Assembly: GCF_001194135.2 (NCBI RefSeq)
Contig: NC_068983.1
Span: forward strand, 108,130,641-108,193,362
DNA: 62,722 nucleotides
Source of the DNA: Octopus bimaculoides
Taxonomy: Eukaryota
Direction of reading: 5' to 3'
A model generated the notes under the pieces. The model worked only from the letters and a program-made list of their open reading frames with translations, was not told the origin of the DNA and did no database searches. The position numbers and the translations under genes were made by a program. Positions 49,712 through 62,722 of the stretch are shown here, in pieces (the stretch's first letter is position 1; the number at the start of each line of letters is the position of its first letter).

Positions 49712-52700
49712 AAAGAGTTGCAGCTCTAGAGCAGTAGACAATTGCATTCACTACCCATTATAAGCTACAATAATTACTTGCTGCTACACAAAAATAATCA
49801 ATATTTATTGCTGGCTTCTTATATAATGATGAACTTTTAGGTACTTGAAATTAATAATTTGTAACTAATAGCACCACCATGAAGAATAGTGCACATATCT
49901 CCATGGAAACAGGTAATTGAATTAGAAGACTTTATATAAAATCACATCATCATTAAGAATAAAAGACATATGTGAGATCTAGGAAAGAAAGATAGAATCT
50001 ACCTTTATTGATTAAGCTAATCACTGCCAATTTGAACTTGTCCATTAATCTGCTAATTTGCTAAAATTAAATGAATATATATAATAAAAGTAAGTTTATA
50101 AGGTGCCAACTACTTTAATTATATGTTACTTGTAATTTAGACAATATAGTCCTCCCAAAAATGAATTACGGAAAAGAAACTGAAAAAGAAAAAAAAGTAC
50201 AGTGAGAAACCAAATAAGAAATAATTATAACACACAGGAGTTTTTGAGTGGTGACAACTTCTATAGTCGGGCTTAATCAAAAAAAAATTGGTTACTACCA
50301 CAATATGTAGATCAATAGTAAATGATTTATAGGCATGAATTAAAAATATTTCATAGAAATGATACGGTATAAACTTTTACAAATTCAGAAAGAGGACAAT
50401 TGTTTTAGGTTTAAATTTTTCATATTTTTATGTTTTGAGTTTAAGAGAAATAACTCTTGGTTTTATAATTAGCAATTTTACGAAAACATTTTCAAAGTGT
50501 ATGAGATTTTGTATTGATACGAACAAGGAAATAGTGTTTATATATGTATATTATTTCCGCTCTCATGGATACTATAATTTTTCTTGGGTACAATGATTTC
50601 ATTCAAAATTTTCAGAATTCAGAAAATTGGTGAATGAATACAATCATAGGTTCATGTAATGTTAATTGAGGTATACTAATCTTTGAAAAAGTAAAATTTA
50701 GTTTCTCTTTTGAAAACAAGTTGTGAATGAAAAAAATATTATATTCACAATTCCATTATTTATATTTCCAGCATTTCATATTATTTGGATTCCCTTTCAA
50801 CTATTAACATCATATATAAAAAAAAACTATATAACTTTCTGACAATATAAAAATATGAAGCTAACAAAATTAAAACTAATTTAGATTTCCCCTCAAAGTG
50901 AACTTATTTTTAAAAAATGATATACAATAAAAATATTAACCAAGCTGTTTTGCTCTATTTTATACTTACAATTAAAAATAATTTAAAATAGTATAATAAC
51001 CAGATTTCACTTGAAAAATACCTTAGTAACATTGCCTCATGTCAACATTAAATAATTACTATTAAAATTCAGCCCATAGAAGTATTTCGAAGAAAGACTC
51101 AAGATGATTTCTACACTAACGAATCAATTGTTTCTAGCTCTAATTTATTTTGTTTTTCAAATGTGCATGTCAGTAAATATAGTTGACATATGATTTCCTG
51201 TATGGGTGCATATAATTAATATCTATTATACAACCAACAGTTCGACATTAGCATTTATACACTATATGTTATTCAGAGAATCTGATAAATAATTCATTAA
51301 TATACTTAAAAATGGAACCTAAGACATGAAATTTACTTCTAGAAGATTTTTAATCCCTGAGGTTAAATGAAAAAATTTTTATCATCAAACACTGACACGG
51401 TTTGCCATGATTTTATATGGCTACTTGATCTTGTAAAAAATTTCAAGTATTGTCATTAATCTAAATTGAATCTTCAAATAAAAGAAATGAAATGAATGTG
51501 GTTTTGCTATATTTCTAACCTAAATGGTGCTTAGATAATATGAAAACTCAGACACTTATGAAATTTGAACAAGACTCTGAGAAAATTATCTACAATAAAT
51601 TTGCAAAAATATAACAAATACTCATTAAGGCAATATAGTTGGAAATAAAAAAAGAAGTTAGTGCCTACTAATAAGAACAAATTAACTGAATTGTACAACA
51701 TGAAAAATACATATCCTGATATCAACACTTTCAGACTTGCATATCTGGTACAGAAGAAATAAAAAAGATATCTTCCAATGAAAATTTTCTCTAAATTGCT
51801 CTTCTGTAAGGCTACTAAAATGACAGAATGAGCATAGAAGATTTTTAAAAAGAGCAGCTTGATAAACTATCTAATAATAAAATTTGAAGCTATTTGTAAG
51901 ATCAAGTAACAATAATGAATCACTATGGCAAAAAGTGCAAGTGTTAAGTATCAAGTTAAGAGTGGTATTTGGAGGAGAGAAAGAAAGAGATATGCTAAAG
52001 CCAAACATCAAAACGAAAAAATATTTCAGACTTAAAGAGCAACCTGGCTGCAAGTATACTGAGAAAACAGTCAAGTAAATGTACAAATATGTATGTATTG
52101 CACTAGATTTAATTTAATATAAAATATGACAGTGTTTATCATAAATACACCTAACTGAAACTACTATTTGTAATAAACTTAATGTCAAGAGGAAAATAAG
52201 TATATTGAACACCATTATGGTACACTAGCTTTTATATATTGTTCTAAAGTTTTAAGTGGAAGCTATTATGAAGTAAAAGCTGAATGAGATAAAATCACAG
52301 GAAACTCATATGTAGACTGTATGACCTAAAGATAGATACATATACCTGCTGTACTTTAAAAAAGATTTTAAACTAAATAGAAACTAGTTATAAAGATGCT
52401 ACTAGAGACAGTGTTAAATAAAGTAGTGAAACTACAGAAAATATGGTATTCACATAAAAGTTGAAGGCAGTAATCCTTACAAGATAAAACTGCTGGCAGA
52501 TAATTGAAAAAAGAGATTAGGGAAAGTGAAATGATAGCTGAAACAATGGGGGTGGGGAATAAACAATATCCCATAAGTCCCCAAATCAAATGACTACATC
52601 TACAACACCAGTATATCATAGAACCCAAAGGCATCCTAAAGTAGAAGATGCTATATGTTGCAAATATGGTAACAGTATAGAACAAAGAAGTGAAAAGAAT

Positions 52701-53232
52701 GGAGATGCTTTAAAAGTGACATCAGCTCAAACCAGAAAAGTTGTTGGAAAAGTGGCATTATAGTTGAGACTATAAAAAGGAGATGATGGTGTATACAGTG
52801 ATATATTAGCCATAAGTACTCAAATTTTTGACAAGACATTCTTCATATGAAATGGGAATCAATAGCAAGAAAGAACTGACAAACAGCATATTTAAGAAGT
52901 TTAAGTATCTATCTATCTGTCTGTCTATATATGTTTGTGTGGGCACGTGTGTGTGTGTGTGTGTGAATACATGTGCATGCATGCCTGTGTACATGTGTGT
53001 ATTGCATATGTATTTGTATATATAAAAACATTCATGTGCTGACACACTTTCACTCACATAAGTATACATATTCTAATAATACATACATACATATATATAT
53101 CTACATATATATAAATGTAAATATATATAAATATATATATATAGCTGAAATTTACAGAAAAACAAAAGACAAAGACAGGTGTATAAACAACAAGTAGATG
53201 TATTAGTTCGGCACTCAAAAAGGTGAGAAAGT

Positions 53233-53268
53233 CTTTTATGTTTCGAGCCTATGCTCTTCAACAGAAAG
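53233..53268 (-). ncRNA. Degenerate minimal type-I hammerhead ribozyme motif (Penelope-associated type)
   Basis: Minus strand CUUU-CUGUUGA-A-GAGC(AUAG)GCUC-GAAA-C-A-UA-AAAG: stem I CUUU/AAAG, stem II GAGC/GCUC, core with A6 changed to U and ACGU changed to ACAU. Confidence 0.55.
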
Positions 53269-53333
53269 TAACATGAGGAAATAAACAGAGAGGGAATAAA
53301 AAAACTTGTGGAGTTAGCGGTCAATCATGGCAA

Positions 53334-53605
53334 CTGGTTGGACGATTTGAATGAGGACTGGCGAACAAGATGGCTGCATCAGGCTCCAATCTGATCTAGC
53401 AGAATTTCTACAGCTGGATGCCCTTCCTAATGCCAACCACTCCAAGAATGTAGTGGGTTCTTTTACATCCCACCAGCACGAGGGCCAGTCAGGCAGTACT
53501 GGCAACGGCCATGCTCAAAATGGTGTTTTTTACGTGCCACCTGCACAGGACCCAGTCCAGCGGCACTGGCAACAACCTTGCCCGAATGTTTTTTCATGTG
53601 CCAGT
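53334..53605 (-). mobile_element. RTE-tail-like repeat
   Basis: Reverse complement of the 35055-35400 family (ctacagctggatgcccttcctaa). Confidence 0.85.
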
Positions 53606-53613
53606 AAAGCATG

Positions 53614-53646
<33 letters not shown>

Positions 53647-54109
53647 TTATCAACCAGAATTGGTTCAGAATAGCTTTCTGTATATCTTGCATAATGTGGT
53701 CATACTATCAAAATCCATAAAACTGCAGTAATCACCTTGAGAAAGTTTCTTGTATATATGTATAGTGTTAAAAAGTACAGAAGTATATCAGTAGCACATA
53801 AAAAGCAACCTGCAGCAGTGGTGGAATTGCTAAATATCCATTATCAGTTGTATCCATTATCAACACCCATCACCACCATACTGGTCTTATCTATTTGCTC
53901 ATCTGGTTTTCTTCTCTAACATCAAACAACTTGACCTATGTTCTCACATTCTGGATGGTGACTGACCCTGCATTGTTATCTATTCCAGTATAGATTGTGG
54001 TATGGAAGGCCATTCACTTGCAAGTGTCCACATTAGAATTATCTACACACACATTCACGCATATACTGCCAAACCTATATGTTAGGTCATCCATAAACAC
54101 ACACACACA

Positions 54110-54145
<36 letters not shown>

Positions 54146-54146
54146 A

Positions 54147-54214
<68 letters not shown>

Positions 54215-54559
54215 ATAATAATAATAATAATAATGATGATAATAATTTCTTAAGTAACTAGAAGATAGATTTGGTATGCCAAATCCATCTTCTGGTTACT
54301 TAAGAAATTTTTATTATAATCTCAACTAACACTGCAGAGTACCTGAAGTAGATCCAATGGAAATATACCTTGCCTGCAGATGACACCAAGTAACCCAAAC
54401 TGTGCCAGTGCTCTACTCAACACTTCAACACACTAATCGACATATACTCATTAGTCCAAAATCTTAAAGATACACACGCACACATACACACACATATGCA
54501 CACACATATACACACATATACACACACACACACATACGTATGCATACACACACACATTT

Positions 54560-54590
<31 letters not shown>

Positions 54591-54664
54591 CAGGTCTCCA
54601 TAGACACACACATGCACACACCCACACACACACATATATATACAGGTCTCCATACAAGACCAAC

Positions 54665-55140
54665 TATTGTGAGTAGAGGTGGTTAGTCAATATAAGCAAT
54701 CACAAAACATGATTGGTATTTTACTTTATCAACTCCAGAGGAATGAAAGGCAAAACAGATATTGAATTCAAACCTTGCCTTGTTGAACTTTTGCTGTTCC
54801 ACTCTCTGGGGTTAATAAAAATATTATACCGGGATAAGTGTTGGGATCAATGGTATTGGCTAACTCCTTACCTCAAAATTGTTGGTTTTATGTCGAAATC
54901 AGGAACAACAACAATAATAATAACAATGATTTCAAATTTGGCACAGGGCCAGCAATTCCTGGGGAGGGATAAGTCGATTACATCAGCCCTAATGCTCAAC
55001 TGGTCTTCATTTTATCGACACCGAAAGGATGCAAGGCAAAATTAACCTTGGTAGAATTTGAACTCAGAATGTGAAGATAGGCAAACTGTCGCTAAGCATT
55101 TTACCCAGCATGTTAACAATTCTGCCAGCTTGCTGCTGCC
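54665..55140. mobile_element. Cluster of three SINE family B pieces in alternating orientation: minus 54665-54775, plus 54780-54905, minus 54935-55140
   Basis: Core matches in each orientation (atgaaaggcaaa; ggggttaataaaa...aaaattgttgg; gaatttgaactcagaatg...ctgccagcttgctg). Confidence 0.7.
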
Positions 55141-55662
55141 ATAATGACGGAGATGATGATGATCGTGACGATGATGATGATGAAAATGTGAGGAGTTATT
55201 TTTAAATCTTTTCATGCATAAGAGAATTTTCTTATTTGGTGTCAATTTTTGAAGAAAAGAGGAAATAAAATAAAATCAATACTACATAACCAGCATCAAT
55301 TGAATGAATATCTTTACAAAATAGCATTAGTTTTAAATGTAGTCATTGGAATTGCACTCCCTAGAGCATACAAATCAAAATACAAAGAAGGGTTTTTCTT
55401 TCTTCCTTTTTTGCTCTCTAAACTATCGAACTAATTAGTTTCAGTATTGGAATATCTTCAGCCGTCATGCTATTTATTACACACACACACAAACACACAC
55501 ACATGCATTAAACACACACACACAATAAACTTAGGGCTAGTAGATTATTTCATATAAAATAAATTTGCAAAGTATTCAGTAATTCAGATGAATTGCTCTA
55601 CTTAATGCGCAGAGTATATGAAAATACTAGAGAGAATACATGAATAAGCATTTGTCTCTTTT

Positions 55663-55744
<82 letters not shown>

Positions 55745-55984
55745 TTATGCACACAAATAAAATGCTCTCTGACAAGGAGAGAACAACTTTTAGCAGAAAA
55801 GCCTTGTTTCTGGCACTATTTCTAAATTAAATATTGTCTCAAAATTTAAGCTCACAATAAACTAAAGGAAAGAAAATTTTTAGAATAATAAGGTATTATT
55901 AACAGAAGACATTTTAAAAAACTGAAAATGCTTTCTTTTATTTATTTTTTTTTTCCTTCTAATACAGTGTTACTAACCTAGAGT

Positions 55985-56320
55985 AGGCACAGTATGGTTA
56001 TATGTTACAAAGTTTACTTCCAAACTATGAGATTTGGGGTTTGAGATCAATGTGTGGCCTTTTGAACAAATGTCCTTTTCTATAGTCTTAGATAAACTTA
56101 TCTCTTGTGAGTGAAACTGGGTAAAAGGAAACTGTATAAAGGCCCATCAAGTGAATTGTTCATGTAATTGAAAAAATACAACCTTGTCCCTATATCGCAT
56201 TGTTTCTAACTGAGAATTACATGAAGGATACTCATGCCTGCTAAGTGCTCAGTTATTTTACATGTTAACTCACAAGCAGATAATTCAGTTGATTGATTAA
56301 TTGAATCCTCATTATCAAAT
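55985..56320 (+). mobile_element. Old degenerate SINE (family A-like head, family C-like tail)
   Basis: cttgtgagtgaa...ggaaactg...gcccatc resembles 393-790; ctgagaattac...aaggatactcatg resembles 7112-7421. Confidence 0.45.
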
Positions 56321-57134
56321 GACAGAGATCCATGACTAGCTTAGTTGAATATCATAGAGTATAGATATAAACTCCTGGAATATTGGATTAGCAGCAGGAT
56401 TTCAATATTATTGAATGTAGTGTTTAGTGTTGTTGGTAACAAGTAGGGCAACTAATATGTCTCATAAATGCAAATGTTAGTAACATGAGGAAACAACACC
56501 GTGGGTACATTCTATATTGTTTTCTCATGTTTAGGGCAGCTTATTTTTCAGAACAATTTTTGATTCAAACCATGAATTCCAACTATATGTCAGGATTAAA
56601 TACGGATGTGTTTGTAATTTTCAATGGTGCAAAAAGAAAGTATTTAAAAGTATCTCAGTTGAAAAGAAGCAACGAAAGGTTGGCCATAATAGAGATGATT
56701 GATGTTACAGCCTCAACCATCTCCACAATGTAATTGAGAAAGTATCTGAGAAGAATAGCTGAAATAACAAGGGAAGACTTATTTCATTTTATTTAATTTT
56801 GATGAAGGGAATGAAATGATTGGCTGGTTTATGTAGAATGTATTGGGTAGTGCTGTCTGTTCAAACAAATCCTTTGGCTTTGTTTTCAGTTTTAGACAAA
56901 TTTTAGACTTGGAAAAAAAAGGTGCGGGGAAAAAGAAAAGAATATTAGGAAAAGTTCAGACACTATAGTTTTGAAGTTTTAAACCTTCCCATGTTGTTTG
57001 AATCATATAAAAAAAAAACAAAGAAGGCCTTACAATAGGGAAGTTTTTAAATACAATGGAATTATTAAAAAAATAAAGAAGCTACGAGATGTCACACTGT
57101 TGAAAAAATGTTTTGTTGCATTTGTTCCTTTGTA

Positions 57135-57247
57135 TTCTAGGTCCAAATCTTACTAATGTTGACATTGCCTTTCATCTTTGGTGGGTGATAAAATGAAGTA
57201 TCAATGAAGCACTGAGGTCATTGACCTCAGTACTTCATTAGTACTTC
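57135..57247 (+). mobile_element. SINE family B fragment ending in a 53-bp near-perfect palindrome (57195-57247)
   Basis: ttgacattgcctttcatc...gataaaatgaagta, then 26-bp arms with 3 mismatches around a 1-nt centre. Confidence 0.7.
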
Positions 57248-57261
57248 CTCTCACCACCTGA

Positions 57262-57425
57262 CCCTTTAGCATTCAAATTATTATGTCAAACGAAATGCTT
57301 ATTCATTCATATTGTTTTGAATTAATCATACATAATATCATAGCTTTGACATTTAACTGTTTACATTTCGAATGATACTGTAGAGTAGGTGTGAAAGGCT
57401 GGATCTGGCCAGTTTGAACATTTAC
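57262..57425. mobile_element. piggyBac-type MITE, partial copy, opposite orientation to 13111-13329
   Basis: ccctttagcattcaaattatt...aatgcttattcattcatattgttttgaa...gtaggtgtgaaagg matches the reverse complement of the first copy. Confidence 0.75.
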
Positions 57426-59959
57426 ACACACAGATATTTTCAAAGTTATAATGGAAATATTTAGAGCAGATAGGACCACTTCAAATATTGGCCTCGTAAA
57501 TAAGGAAGCAATATTAAAAAAAACTGATCTATGATAAGGAGTATCTTGATCATGTTCATGTTATAGAGAGCAGAGTAGGAGTAACTACTCAGTTAGTTGA
57601 TATATTAGTTGCAAATCATATAGTTATTTAATATAACAACATATTTTTTACCTCTTGGGAGATATATTTGTACCATCAATAATTCTACTTTCAGTATTTG
57701 TGTCATCGATAATGCTGTTTTAAAAAAGTGAATCTGTTATGTTTGTTATGCAGAAAAATGGTGATCTTTTTTTTTTTTTTTTGATGCATAAATTTTTATT
57801 TTATGTTAATTTTATGTGGTTTCATTTTAAGTATAGTTACTGATTATCATTTTATGGATGTCTTAGAAATGTGCCATCCAACATAATTGTATGTTATTAC
57901 AATGTCATAAATGTGTGATCAATTTTGAAGCTATTATGAAGCTAGTTGTTTCCATTTGTAGCAGTAAATCTGTAAATCAAACTGGGGATTCTGAGAACTG
58001 ATTTTGCTTAATGGTAATGGAATGGCTTGGATCACATGGTCCTTAAAGGATAAAGTATATAAGATTAAAGGGTAATCTTATATACTTGCTGGTTCATCTA
58101 AAGCCTTTTTAAAACTATTCCTTAAAACATTTTTGCTATAGTATAGCAAGCTAAACAAATATTGTTCACATTGGGTAAAGAAAAACATGAATGAGGTATG
58201 GCTGCTGTTTTTAGTTAGCTGAATAAATGCATAGAAGTTCTTTGTTGGCTTGTCTTGTCTATATATTATGTATGGGGGTGTATTTATAATCATTATTTAC
58301 ATTAGGGTTTTATTTACATTAAGACTTAATTACCATCTAGGAGATAGGCAAGTAATGTTCACTAGTAATATAAACATGTAAATGATATCTAAAACAAACA
58401 ATATTCTAAGTCAGAATTGCAAGCTACATAATAGTTCTAACTAGCTAACACTGAGTCATTGGTAAGACTGTAACTATTGGGTGATATTTAGTCAAGTATT
58501 TTTGTTCAGATCCATTAATGCTTATGTACATTATATTGGATGTTTGTACAAATAAGATTTTGAAAAAATCCAAGAGTTGGAAACAATAGATTTAAGATTA
58601 AGTGGACAATTTGACTGAAGTAGTGGATTTTGGGTAACTTCCAGAAAAGTTTCATAATTTAATCACAGTTACTTTAGTGCAAAACATCTGCTGGTGATAA
58701 AGCACATTATTTCATTTAACTACCATAAACAATTTCTATTTCATCAGTGATTAATGGATAATGGCAAAGGCATTTAATTGAATAATACATATGCTAAAAC
58801 TTTGGAGCAAACATCAGAATTTCTGGTATGTACATCTGTGCTAGCATGAATGTTAAGAAGTTCAAAATCAAAAGTATTAAATTTGAAGAAGGAAACAGTG
58901 AAATGCAATACAGTGATTTCACCACATTGTTTACAGTAATAAATAAATAAATCTATGAATTTATATTTCACAGTCTTAATAAAAACTTGATGCAAGCTTT
59001 TAGCATAAAATAAGTCTTGAAAGCAAGAATGACCATCAAAAGCAGAGATTTCATAGTAAAATGCTGTGGAATTAATTATTTCTTTATCAAGTAGAGAACT
59101 AACATAATTTCTCAATATAAACAGAGATAAACAACAAATATGACCCAAATCAATAAACAAATATAATCAACAATTCTTCACAGAAATAAAAACAAATTAC
59201 TGGGTTCATGTGAAAATAGGTAATTCTTCAAAATAAAATTAAATAAAATAGTAATGTGAAGCAAAATTTTATTTGTATAAATTTAAGTAGAAAAAATTTT
59301 TTTAAACATTTCTAGAGTAAAATGTGCATATTATTTGACATGCCAAGAGGACAGAAAATTCATCTAATTTTGATGAAGAATCCTTAGTAGATGTATAGCA
59401 GAAGATTCAAATTTACAATGCAGCCCTTAAGGTAGCTAGCATAACAACATTAAGTGTTGCATACCTAATATATTTTTACTAAGGAAAAGAAAATCAGCAA
59501 ACATAATCAATACAAGAATATTTTGTCAACTAATTGAAAATAAAAATTTAAAAAATAAAGAGAAGCTAAAAATACTTATCATTCCAAAGATCTATATACC
59601 TTTGAGGTATAAACCAAATTGAAAGTCTCCTAAACTCACCACTATAATTTTGTTTTTCTATTTAGTTTCTCTTTGTATGAATACAGCCTCTTTATTTTCT
59701 GATAGCTTTCTTTTTCTTTATTTCTTATATATTAATTGCATTATCTTATTTAATTTATCTGTTACATGCAAGTATTCCATTTCTTCCAGAATTGTTCTTC
59801 AGTTTCTATTTTAGCAACTCTCAATTCTATAAAACTTTATCAACTAATGATTTCAAATGAAACTATTTTTTCTTTTGTCTCTCTACAGTGTAACACATAT
59901 TTTATAGAGAACTCTGGTTTAATATAGCCAAAACAGAAAGAATTCAACAAAGAATTATT

Positions 59960-60400
59960 ATGCGACTAAAAGGAAGTGTATGCCTGTCTATGTGTGATAA
60001 AAATATAATTAATCACATGGCCCAAGTGAAAATGTATGACAGGGGAACATTAGTGCCATATACAACAAATATATGAAGGCAAGAAAGAAACACAGTGAGT
60101 ATACTCTGTTGGATATATAATGGCAGTATCTATAAACTACAATGCTGAAAGGAAAAACTAGATATCAGATATATTTACAATGATGTGAATGAAAACAAAA
60201 TGTGAATGATATGGACAGGTCATGTATATGAAGAATGAGTGTTGAATGAAAATTCTCAAATAATGCAAGTAGAATGAGTATGCAAAATAGTAAGACTGAA
60301 AAAGATGTGGTCAGAAGTGATGAGAGCACATCTCAGGAATCTGAGCCTCACAGAAGAGATACTGTACAGCTATGTTCAAACTGACTTATCCAATTCATGC
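59960..60400 (+). pseudogene. Old RTE LINE 3' remnant
   Basis: RLKKMWSEVMRAHLRNLSLTEE resembles the RTE C-terminal RPRKTWxEVVxxDLRxLGLTE; the upstream part is weaker. Confidence 0.45.
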
Positions 60401-60649
60401 TAACATCAGAAAAATAAAAACAATGATGATGAAAAATGTGATTAAGTTATAATCATCGTCCTTATCATTTCAATGTCCATTTTCTATGTTTACATGGATC
60501 AGAAATAATTCTTGGAAAGATTTCCTACAGCCTGATAGCCTTCTTGTACACCACACATTGCTTGTTGTCAAGCACAGTAACATTTGCACATAGTGAGACA
60601 TGTTGTCATTGTGACACTCATTTAAAACCATGCAGTAAGAAGACACAAA

Positions 60650-61025
60650 CACATATCACATATATACACACACACATATATGCACAAACATATGTACACA
60701 TATAGACATATAGATATATATACACATATATATACACATGTACACACACACATACATATACATCTATATACATATAAATATATATATATATATATACACA
60801 CATACACATATATATACATATATACATGCACACATACACATATATATACATGCACATACACACACACATATATACATATATATATACATGCACACACACA
60901 CACATATACATATATATATACATGCACACACACACACATATACATATATATACACATGCACACACACATATATACATATATATATATACATATATATATA
61001 TATACATGCACAAACACACACACAC

Positions 61026-61068
<43 letters not shown>

Positions 61069-61093
61069 TATGTACATAGAGAGATAGATATAG

Positions 61094-61130
<37 letters not shown>

Positions 61131-61140
61131 CATAGATATA
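60650..61140. repeat. Large cryptic (CA)/(TA) microsatellite ending in (GATA)n
   Basis: Direct reading. Confidence 0.95.
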
Positions 61141-61289
61141 AATCTTAAAATAAGAAAATGGAAAAAATTTACATACAGATGTTTTTATTTAAAGCCATTC
61201 AAATTATACCTACAGCTGTTTCCATACACAATTCTTTAATTTCAGAAATAAAATTTAATGACAGAAAAATGGAGAAAATTGAAGTCAAT

Positions 61290-61730
61290 GTTTTTATGAA
61301 AGATATTCCAATTTCAACCAGAATGGAATACTTAAAGGACCTAATTTGAAAAACAATGGAGTTTATCCATAGACTTAGATGGAAGGCTTACCATTCATGA
61401 TAAAGATATGATACACCAATAAGTAGCATAACTGAAGAAAAGGACTAATTTGTAAGTGGATTATTAAAGACCAAGAAATACCTACCACCGAATGGTCACG
61501 TTGCCAGTTCTGAGGATGAATTATGGAAGATTATGAAAAATGTAAAATTTTAAAAATATCCCCTTAGATACTTGAAGAAACTGAAATGCATCATATCAGA
61601 ACTTAGAAATAAAAGCAGAGTAATTGTTCACTTGAATAAAACTGGAAACGTGTATAATCTAGACATAAACTACTACCATGAGCTTTTGAAAAAAGAAATT
61701 ACTAAACACTATAAAATCTCTAAAAGGAGT
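61290..61730 (+). mobile_element. Penelope-like element, N-terminal ORF fragment
   Basis: DIPISTRMEYLKDLI*KTMEFIHRLRWKAYH, DELWKIMKNVKF and VIVHLNKTGNVYNLD..YHELLKKEITKHYK resemble the pre-RT region (RMRWKAHF, ADKTxNLY, ITKTYK). Confidence 0.7.
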
Positions 61731-61737
61731 ATATATA

Positions 61738-61799
<62 letters not shown>

Positions 61800-61801
<2 letters not shown>

Positions 61802-62350
61802 GTTCGTTTAACGTCCGCTTTCCATGCTAGTATGGGTTGGACGATTTGACTGAGGACTGGCAGTGATTCTACAGCCAGATGCCCTTCCTAACGCCAACCA
61901 CTCTGAGAGTGTAGTGGGTGCTTTTACGTGCCACCGGCACGAGGGTCAGTCACACGGTACTGCCAACGGCCATGCTCAAAAAGGTGTTTTTTACATGCCA
62001 CCTGCATGGGAGCCAGTCCAGCAGCACTGGCAACAACCTCGCTCAAACGATTTTCTAACGTGCCACCACCACAAATGCTAGAAGGCGACCCTGGTATCGA
62101 TTACATTCAAATGGTGCTATTTACGGGCCACTAGCATGAAAGCCAGACAGCTGCTCTGGCAATGAATACGCTCAGATGGTGCTGATAGTGCTCCACTGGC
62201 GCAAGTGCCAGTCATTGAGTATGGTTCAATTATGATTTCACTTGCCCCAACAAGTCTTCGCAAGCAGAGTTTAGGGTTCAATGAAGGAGAGGTTGGCATG
62301 GGTGCCAGTTGTCGGTTTAAGCATCTAGGTATGCTCAATGTTAAATTTCC
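61800..62350 (-). mobile_element. RTE-tail-like repeat, longest copy, with a small internal deletion near its 3' end
   Basis: cgtttaacgtccgctttccatgctag...gatgcccttcctaacgccaaccactc...; extends further 5' than the other copies. Confidence 0.8.
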
Positions 62351-62722
62351 CCTACTACATTGTGATAGTAGTAAAAAAAACTCAACCTAAAATTGTGTTG
62401 CCACTATGACCAGGGGAATCTTTATGACCATATCCATGTATAATGTTTACCCCTTCCCTTTCCTTATGAGAGAAAGGCTGGTTGCCCCCTTAAGCTTTAA
62501 ATCACTAGATAAAAACAAATAAAATCAGGGACAGTTAGAATTCTACCTAGAATTAATTACTAGCCTGCTAGCCTTGGCTATGTCAAGATGGTTTTTTTTG
62601 TATTCGTCTTTCCCACTTAGATTGTTTAAATGTTGTCACAACAGTAATATGTCCACTCTGCTGAAATGAAATTTTCAGTAAATTTTCTGTATCTTTGTGC
62701 AGCTGAAGATTGCTCTGCATTT

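Noticed and set aside
52400-52860. Purine-rich stretch resembling a decayed LINE ORF
   Set aside because: No recognisable motif in any frame.
54580-54655. 21-bp repeat atatatatacaggtctccata twice with a spacer, superficially CRISPR-like
   Set aside because: Only two copies, the spacer is microsatellite, the context is eukaryotic and there are no cas genes.
56485-56733. 82-aa plus ORF with a faint PLAT-like look and a good acceptor at 56533
   Set aside because: Two frames are open, the donor is weak and PLAT consensus residues are poorly matched.
58774-59160. 128-aa minus-strand ORF
   Set aside because: F/I/L/Y-rich, no motif, no convincing splice pair; about one ORF of this length can arise by chance in a window this size.

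Overview
This is AT-rich, microsatellite-saturated eukaryotic DNA from a draft assembly with five N gaps. The repeat repertoire and (TA)n/(CA)n density resemble a coleoid cephalopod, probably Octopus (inference from recalled repeat families, not a database hit). No intact gene or named protein is recognisable, and nearly all tracked ORFs are microsatellite, gap or chance frames. The window reads as intronic or intergenic sequence full of retroelement debris: a truncated RTE LINE reverse transcriptase (RT) with a PHD-like insert (9.5-10.6 kb); R4/Dong-like non-LTR fragments (20-23 kb, 32-34 kb); a decayed Penelope-like element with RT and GIY-YIG (41.3-43.2 kb) plus an N-terminal piece (61.3-61.7 kb); three tRNA-like SINE families; an RTE-tail repeat; and piggyBac-type MITEs. 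Several short candidate exons with good splice sites suggest an unidentified minus-strand host gene with long introns. The best second-look items are a degenerate minimal hammerhead ribozyme (53233-53268, minus), a textbook recursive-splice AG|GTAAGT site (31076/31075, minus), a 555-bp foldback element (16733-17287), tandem R4-like elements stacked in (TAA)n tracts, and a 266-bp exact duplication across a gap next to a CpG-rich fragment. I cannot support a genuinely new biological system from the sequence alone.
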